Shown here one piece after another: positions 13,201 to 22,200 of a stretch of 64,000 nt of DNA (position 1 is the first letter of the stretch; every line of letters begins with the position of its first letter). Origin of the DNA: an uncultured archaeon (GTDB lineage: Archaea; Thermoplasmatota; Penumbrarchaeia; JASLWR01). The translations under genes were made by a program, and so were the position numbers. The stretch is from contig CAYFHS010000003.1 of NCBI GenBank assembly GCA_964342815.1, positions 32,001 to 96,000 on the forward strand, given 5' to 3'. The notes below the pieces were generated by a model. That model ran no database searches and was not told the origin of the DNA. It worked only from the letters and a program-made list of their open reading frames with translations.

Positions 13201-16200
13201 AAGTTGGATTTTGCTATCTGTTTCGCTTTCACAGACTTGGCTTCATCTATGATCCCGTCCAGTTCGTCCATGACCGCCTTGGCATCCTCGAATCTCTCCT
13301 CGTTGATGGCTACTCTTGCGGTCCCGGAAAGCTCGTCGGTATCGGCTAGTTCGATACCCACGTCCCTTATCGCACCCAGCTCTTCTTCTATTCCTCCAAT
13401 TCTCTCGTTATGTACTTTCATGAGATGTGAGATATAGAGCATTTCTCTTGCTTTATCGAATTCCATTAACGAAGGAACCAGGTCAGTGTAGTTCTTTTCA
13501 ACCAGCATTTCTTTGGCTTCGTCAAGCTGGGAATGCAGGTCAGGATAGTTTACCCCAGTTTCAAATTCCAATTCCTCCAGCGCTTCCTTTGCTCCCTCGA
13601 ATCTTTCCTCATTCATTTCAAAGGTTCTCTCTTCGATCTTAACTATGGCTGATGATATTGCATTTTCCAGCAGTGAGATAATTTCTCGGTATCGTTCTTT
13701 CTCCCTCAGCCGGTCCGCTTCCGCAAGACTTACCTTCTCCGCCTCAATATTGGCATCGATCTTCAGTGCTTCCGCGGCAATGCTCTCGAACTTATCCGCT
13801 TTCCCTTCGATAATAACCAGAAGCTCGGTGTTGATGGCGGCCTGAAGCCCTAAACTGCATTCCAAAGCCAAGCCGTGAGCTTCCTCGAATTCCCCATCCT
13901 CGTAACTCTCTCTCACCCTCTCATCCAGCTCGGTAAATGCCGTCACGTTTAGCTCCAGTTCGGCTGCTTCGCCCATGAATTTTTTAATATTGTTCACTGT
14001 CTCTTCGGTACTCCCTCTGTAATACTCTTTGCGGGCTTCAGCCATGGACTCCCCAGCTTCAAGGAACAGCTGACATGCTGAAACGAAATCCCTGCCCTTT
14101 ATTGAAGCGATAGCCTTCTTGAACAATATATCGAACTCCTCCACCACAAGGTCCAATTCCTTCAATTCCCCGAGAACTGACTTTGTTGAGAGGAAATGTT
14201 TTTTCGCCAGGTTTTTGGCACCTACGTTTCTTACCTCCAATAGACCTTCCCGGATACTAGCTATATCATCGATGACCATTTCGAATTCGTATGATTCCAT
14301 ATGTTCTCGGGTCGTACCTACCAATTCCTCCACGGAACTTAGATCCAATCCCAGCTCAGCCAGGGGCGGCACCTCGCCCTCCAGTTCTTCGATCTCACCC
14401 TTATATTTTGTGAAGAGGTATTTTCGATTTTCATCCTCCTTGGTGGTCCGGAACCGTTCAAGTAATTCTTCGAAGACGGTATAGTCCTTTTCTTCCAATG
14501 CTTTCCCCGCGGAGGCTGCCAATTCATCGAGATCAGGATACTCGCCGCCAGTCTCTTCTGAGAAATTTTCCAGAGATTCCATGGTCTCCTCCAGTTTTCC
14601 CGCATTGACCTCTGCAATCTTCAATTCGTACTTTTGCTTGGTGGCACTCCGCAGTTGCCCAACTCTGATAATACAATCCCTGTAACTGCCTTCCGCCCTC
14701 ATATTCTCCACGGAGGTCAATCCATCTTCTTCCTCCCGTATGTCCGTCTCAATTCCACGGGCACTATCCATTTCTTCCTCAAGCCCTGTGATCTCGTCAT
14801 TAAGACGTGTGATCTGTTCCCCGTCGATTTCTCTCCGGAGTTCTCGCATTGAGTTCTCGCTCAGCTCTTGAGCCTCCTGAAACTCTTTCTGATCGTATAA
14901 TGAACGTATATTTCTAAGATCGTCCTTTACAGCGGAAATATCCACCTCGAACTCGGAGGCTTCTCCGATCATTGTTTTCAGTTTTTTGAGTACTGCGTCG
15001 GTGTTCTCCTTGAAATGCGCTTGCCGCAGCAGATGATAATCCTTTCGTCCCTGTTCCGCCATGTCTATTGCCCGCTCGTAATGTCCTTCGTCAAAAAGGG
15101 AGGCGGTAAGGCCACGGGTTTCCTGTATCTTTCCAGTGTCCAGTCCCAGTTCGTTCCCTTCTACCAACACCTCATCGAGCTGGGCAAGGCTCCTCTGCCC
15201 TTTCTCCATGAAATGATCCCTTCGCTGGGCAGAGTATTTCTCCTCGGCCTCCCGCGTAAGTTCCATCACCCTTTCATGATCTCCCTCCTGGAAGTATGAT
15301 TCGGCATCGGCGATCAAGGTCTCAACGTCTTGCATATCCAGTTCAAGTTCATACCCCTCTTTTGTTTTATCCCGGACCTTCTCAAGAGCATCCTCGGCCC
15401 TCTTTTTCCAGTACGCCGTCCTCCTTTCCTTGAAATCCGAACGAGCGGCATCCACTGATTGAATTGATTTCTCATAATCGGCCTCGTCGTATTCATCCTC
15501 GGCCCTTTCAAGACATTCATGGATGAACTCCAGGTCCAGGTCCACCCCTTCTATCACCATGTCCTTTGACCACTCCAGCTCCTCCTCCGCCCTCTCCTTG
15601 TAATATTGCTCCCGGGCATTCTCGGCCATCTCCACAGCCTGCCTCGTCAGGCGGCAGGCGGTAACGAAGTCCTTGGATTTGATGGCTGCAATAGCACGCT
15701 GGAAGGCTTTGTTCTCTTCTTCCAACTTAAGCTCTTTCCCCTTCAGTTCCGTTAGAAGTTTCTTTGTTTTAATAAAATGATTTTTGGCAAGTTCTTTCGC
15801 CTGCTCCGTTTTAGCGTTCTCTATTTGCTCTTCGATCTTTTCGAGGGTTGCCTCGGTTTCCGTAAAATCGAAATTATCAACGTTCTCTTTCACTGTTTCA
15901 AGGAGTTCAATTGCGGGCGTAAGGGTCAGCCCCAATTCTTTAAGTTCTTCCGACTCGCGAAGGAGCTCTTTAGCCTTCTTATCGTATCTATCCGCCAGAT
16001 ATTGCTGGTAATGATCAGCCTTGGCTTTACGGAATTCCTGGATAATGGAATCCTGGCTGCTGTAATCCACCTCGTTGAAAGCATTTTCCGCCGATTCGAG
16101 GAATTCCCACAGATCGTCGTAATTCATATCGGTCTCTTCCTCAAGAGCTTCAAGTTCCTCCCGGACCTTTCCCACTTTTTCGGAATTGATCTCTTTCATT

Positions 16201-19200
16201 TTTGCAGCAATTTTTTCCTCGATGGATTTCATGCTGTGGTCCAATAAATCGATAATGTCGTTGTATTTCTTTTGCTGCTTCAGTTCTTCCACATTCTGAA
16301 GTCCCTGGCGCTCGGGCACGACATCCACATCCAAACCAAGGGCTTCGTCCATTATTTTTGCCAAAACCTCGGCTTTCTTTCCTATGTTCTCCAGTAATTT
16401 TTCCTCAATTGAAGCTGCAAGATCTGAGTTGGCGCCCTCTGATTTTTCCAGCATATCCTCATAACTCTCCTCGTCATAATCCCGCTTCATTTCGCTCAGG
16501 ATATCCTGGAACTCATCCACATCTATCCACAGCTCGCCGGCCTGGGTCAACATCGATTTCATCAATTCCATGGATTTTGAAGCCTTTTCCCGGAAATATT
16601 CACACCTATCTTTCGCGTAGCTTGATCGTGCCTCTTCGATCAGCTTGAAAGCTTCCTCGTAATCCTCTTCTTCGTAACACTTCATGGCCTCTTCATGAAG
16701 TTCTTCCACCCTGGTCACGTCGATTTCCAATTCACGGCCTTCGTCCATGGAAGCCTCAACGTTCCCAATGATCTGTGAGGATTTTTCCCGGTAATGATCG
16801 CGTTTGGCATTCAATAAACCCGCTCTTGCTTCCAGAGTAAGTCGAATACCAGTCACATAATCTCGGTTTCTTACCGCCACCAGTACTTCCTTGAAGATCT
16901 TGTTCTCTCTTTTCACGTCCACTGCCAGTTTTTTCATTTCAGTGAAAAGTTTGTTTGTGACACCTATGACCTCTTTGGCCCGCATCTTTGCCTTTACGTC
17001 CCTTGCTTCTGTGATCTCATGTTCCAGTTCGGTCAATCCTTCCGTTACAGCGTTGAAATCACGGTCCTCTATGCTTTCCCGAACTTCACTTGATATCCCT
17101 GCGGTCTTCATGTCCACCCCGAGTTTTGAAAGGTCTTCCGCAACAGCATCCAGCTCATCGATCTTTGCTGTATATTTCCCCACCAGATAAACGGCATTGT
17201 GTTCAGTCCTTGCATCCGCGAACTCCGCCAGAATAGCATCCAGTTCGTCGTATTCAATGCCTTCAAGCGCTTTTCGGGCTTCATCCAGCATCCCCCGCAG
17301 ATCCCCATAGTCATTCCCGGTTTCTTCTTTCAGCTCATCAAGTTCGGCCGCAGCATCATCCAGCTTATCGGAATTTATTTCAGCGAGGCGCGCAGCAATC
17401 TGTTGTTCCGCCAGAACCCTGATGTCCACGATCTGCTCCAGAGCCTTTCGATATTCTCTTTCGTCCCTTAATTCATCAACTGCCGACAGCCTTGCGATTC
17501 CTTCGGTCATGTCCGCCCCCAGTCCCTTACCTTTGTTTATAAGGGAGCTCAGAGCATCTTTACCCTGCGATATAAGCTCCAGGTATCTGTTTGTTATCTT
17601 ATCCGTGAGATCCACCATAATTTTCTCAGCCATTTTCCACGATTTAAGGTATTTTCCCTGGTCGAAGAATTCGTTAGCCTCGTTAATTTCCTCTTCCAGC
17701 TCGGAAAAATCGATAGCGAGACCGGCTTCCACCTCCATTAGATTCTCCACCTCATCCATGGTCCTGGTTGCATTCTCTTTCTCGTAGGCTTTCCTACCTT
17801 CCTCGGCCTTTTCCTTTGCCGCATTCATGGAGTTGTTGGCGTTTTCCAGCTCGCCCTTTTCGGTGAAGTACTTCGATTTGTAGAACAATCCCTCGGCCTT
17901 CGATGTATCTATATCCAGTTTCTCGTTTTCAGAGATGTATTCCCAGAGCCGGTCGAGAGCCGCTTCCAGTTCTTCCCGGTGTGACTTCTCCCTGCTGAGC
18001 TCCATGGAACTCATCAGGTCTTCAGAAAGCGATTGGGCCTCATCGAATTTTCTTCCGTCAATCAGCTCCTGGATCTCGGAAATACGGGTTTCCACCATAT
18101 CCTTGTCTCTCAGGGTTTCACGATAGATCTCGAAGGTCTCGCCGGCTTTCTCAAACGAGGTAACTGCCTTTTTCTCATTCAATTCCTCGATCTTTTCCAA
18201 AAGGTAGCTCCGGGTGTCCTCCAGAAGTGCGAAGAGCTCCTGGTACTTCCCTTCGCCGAGCAGCTCACCCGCCTCATTCATGTCCTTTTCATCATCCTCA
18301 ACATCTATATCCAGCCCCCTAGCCTCTTCTAACAGTTTTTCCAGCTCGGTCATCTTTGAGCGGGCATCCTTTGTCTTTTCAATGTCCAGTTTTGTGTTAT
18401 TTTCCAGTTCTTTGAATTCATCGATCAGTTTAAGAAATTCATCGGTTTTCCTCGCTTCCAGTGCCTCTTCGGCGTCCTCAAGCACCCTTCCCATATCCTT
18501 TGCGTACAGATCTGGAAAATCATCTAATTGACGGAGGCTTTCGATAAATTCCCTGGCCTTTTTAATTGTTAAAGAATGTTCCTCGCTCTGGCGCTCCAGC
18601 CGTAATTTTTCACAAAGATCACGTACCTCTGATGAGATGCTTGTGCCCTTTATGAAGTCACCCTGCCTCATTGCCCTCCTTGCCTGTCTAAGAAGCTGCC
18701 TGCTATCTGTTACATCAATATTCAGTACCAGGGTTTCTTCGACAATCTCCTCTGCCTGACCGAAATTTTCCCATGCCAGATCTCGAATCTTCACCCGTCG
18801 TATGTCTTTCATGATATCACTAAGGCGTGCCAAACCTTCCTTCGCATCGTCCAAACGCTTTTCTGTTAACGCCTCATCCACTTCCTCCAAAATCTTCCTT
18901 GGAACCGAAACGTCCAGCCCCACTCCTTCGAACTCATCCAACTGGCTCTCAAACTCGTTTATCTCGCTAGAATACTTTTTCTGAGATAGACTCCTAACAA
19001 ATCTCTCTTTGCTGGTGTGAAAATCTTCCAGTATCTTTGTAAAACCCTTTCTATTTCCTTTGGCTAATGCTTTATCCGCTTTCTCCATGAGCGTGTTTAA
19101 GTCATCCGACTCGAGCCCCGCGGTCTTCTCAAGATTCTCCAATCCTTCACGAGCGTTATCTAGAGCCCTTTGATCATTCTTTTTCTCGATGGAGGAAATT

Positions 19201-22200
19201 GCTTCCAGTAGAACTTTGGTGGCTTCTTCGTATCTTCCTTCCTCCTTCATCTTTCTGAGGCCGGATAAGATCCTGGAATCGTTCCTTGTGTCCACCCCAA
19301 GTTTTTCGGCTCCTTTTAGAAGCGTAATCACCTTTTTTCCCTGCAATTCCATCTTCTCCTTGAAGGTGGAATCTATAAGAATAGTGAGTGCTTCTTTCGT
19401 TTTACCGGCAATGGTGGAGGCTCTATCAAATTCACCGTTTTTGTAGGCTTCTTCTGCTTGTTCCATTATGAGCTTATGTTCATCCACCTCCAGCCATAGT
19501 CCCACGGCCTTTTCCATCAACCCCGTTGTTCCTTTCAACAATACGAAAACCTCTGCTTTCCTGAATTCGTCTTTGGCTCTTGCCAGTATTACACTTATCT
19601 CTTCCTGTCTTGCCTCTTCCGCAAAACCCTCCGCTTCCGAAATCAGGCTTTCCAGGACATCTGTTGGAAGATCATTGCTTTCCGCCTCACCCTTAATGGC
19701 TCTTATTTCGTCCACGAGCACTGCTGCTGCGCTTTTATCGAGAGCCATTCTGCTCTTCATAGCGCCATCCAGGGCCATTGTGGCGTATTTTTTCCCATTT
19801 TCGTAGTCCCGTTTCTCCAGATAATAGGTTGCCTTGTAATATATCGCTTCCACCCGTGCCGTGTCACCATCCAGTTCCTGGGTCTCTTGAATGAGCTTGT
19901 CCGAACTGCGCAACAATTCCCTAATCTCCTGCTCCCACTGCTCCAATCTCGTTCCCTCGATCTCTTTGAGAATACTTTGTGACAGTTCCAAGGATTTTTC
20001 GTATTCCTCGGCATCCAGATCTTGCTGTGCTCGGTCAAGTTGTGAAGCTATCAAGCTGTGGTCTTCCAGGATATCCCTGTACTCTTCGAACCTCTCCGTA
20101 GCATCATGGAGCAATGCCCTGCATTCATCACGCTGACGGAGGTCGAGCTTGCTCAACATTGACTCGTAAACTTCTTTCAGAAGCGGGATAGTCTCATCAA
20201 GCTCATAATTGTTCAGTAATTCGTCGATATCGTCCAGAATATCGTTCTCGGCCTCGATATCTATTGATAATTCTGACGCACTTTGTGTAAGGTCATTTAC
20301 TTTTTCCATTAACACAACGATCTCGCCGGCCTTTTTCTTCTCACCTACCATTTCCTCTTCGGCATCGGTCAGTTCACTCAAAGATCTCTGGGCTTCATCA
20401 AGCTCGTTTGATTCCAGGCTGGTTTCAACCGTTTCCATTATACTTTTTAATTCATTCACTCTTTCCGGTGCAATATGGGGATGGTCCTTTATAATTTGGA
20501 ACAGGTCTTTGGCTTCCTTTAGCCTGGTTCCAACCTCTTTTGCAGTATAGCGCTTGTCCTTTTTCAACAATAATTTTCTGCTCTTTATGGCAAGTTTGCA
20601 AGCTTTCAGGTAATCATCGCCCTTAATGGCATGAACAATCTCATTGAAGAGTTCCTTGTCCGTATCCAGTTCGGTTCCCCGCTCTATCAATCTCTTGAAC
20701 AACATATTGATCTCTTTTACTATCAGTCCAGTCCTCTTTTTAACCCGTTTAGTAATAATATCTCCGTATAGCGGTTCCAGTTCCGATAATGTTTCTTCCA
20801 GATCATCGAAAAGTTCTTCCGAAAGGAGCGTTTCCGCTTTCTCAATCAGGGGGACTGCATCATTGAGGTCGATTCCGAGAGAATTGAGGGATTCCACCCC
20901 ATTTTTTAGTTTTTGGACCTTCGCCGTATAATTTTCCCTTTTATAGTCGGCATCGTAACCGCCTTTTATCCGGTAAAAATCATTGAGTATACTGCCCATT
21001 TTGTCGTAATCCCCGTCATCCAGGGCCGAAGATACCATGTCCAGAAGTCCCCCTAGATCTTCAAACTGCCTTCCTGTCGCTTTCTCGAGAGCCAACAGCT
21101 CATCCTCTGCCTTTTCGAGCAGCTTTTCATTTGCCGAAACTTCGTGGTCTTCCAACTTCTTTTCAAGAGTTCTTTTTAATTCCTTCATAATTTCTATCGC
21201 TTCATCATACTCCTTCGCATCCCTCAGCTTCTCTATCTCATACATCCCTTTCATTTCATCGGAAATGTCCATCTTCATCTCACGGGCTTTCTCAGACAGG
21301 GCTGCTAGTTCATCGTATCTGAATTGATATATTTCCATTTGTTTTTCATTTAGCATCCTGGCAAGTCCAGTCCTGGCCTCCAAGGACAGTTCCTTTGCAC
21401 CAACGTAATCCCCATCTGCAAAAAGGCTTTTAGCCTTGTCCGCTTTTTCTGGAAAATCACCAGTATCAAGCCACAATTCCGTGGCCTTGGACTGTAGTAC
21501 TTTCACATCGTCGAGTAGCTTTGAGACTATCTTCTTCCGAGCTCCAGTTCTTAAATCGACCAATCCCCTTTCCACTTCCTGGGCCAAACGATAAGCTTCG
21601 AGATTATCGCTGGTGGCGAAAGCTTCCCTGGCTTTCTCCATGGTGACTTCAAGTTCCTCCACATCGATTCCCTTTTCCTTCATCCGTTCCAGGAGGTTTC
21701 CGCTGGTTTCCATTTGATCTGTGGCCAATTTTCCTGCCCGGTCCCCCTTTGCTTCACTGATAACTGCATCCAGTTCGGCGATACTGGCATCCACCCGCTC
21801 AAAATCTTTCGCGGATATGCTCTTTCTAGCTTCGGATATGACTTCTCCCACGTCGGTGAGATCAATGTTCATTTGGGTTATTGCGTCAATTTCCGATTCC
21901 CTTTGTTCCAGGTCCCGATCGTATTTGGCGATCCGTAACTCAAGCTTTTGCTGGTCCCAGGCTTCATTGAAACGGTCCAGATTTGATTCCACTTCATCAT
22001 AATCTTCTTTTTCCAGAGCATCAAAGGCCAAGTCACGGAACTCCTGCATGTCCGGGAAGGCCATCCGGGCCTCCTTTTGAAAAAGCGTGAGTTCTCTTGA
22101 TGCCCTGCGCAGCCTCTGAGTACAGTTCCTTCTCCTCCGTATCCTCATCCCTTCATTGAGAGATTTCTTATGCTTCTTTATTGTGTTGATGGCTGCGATA

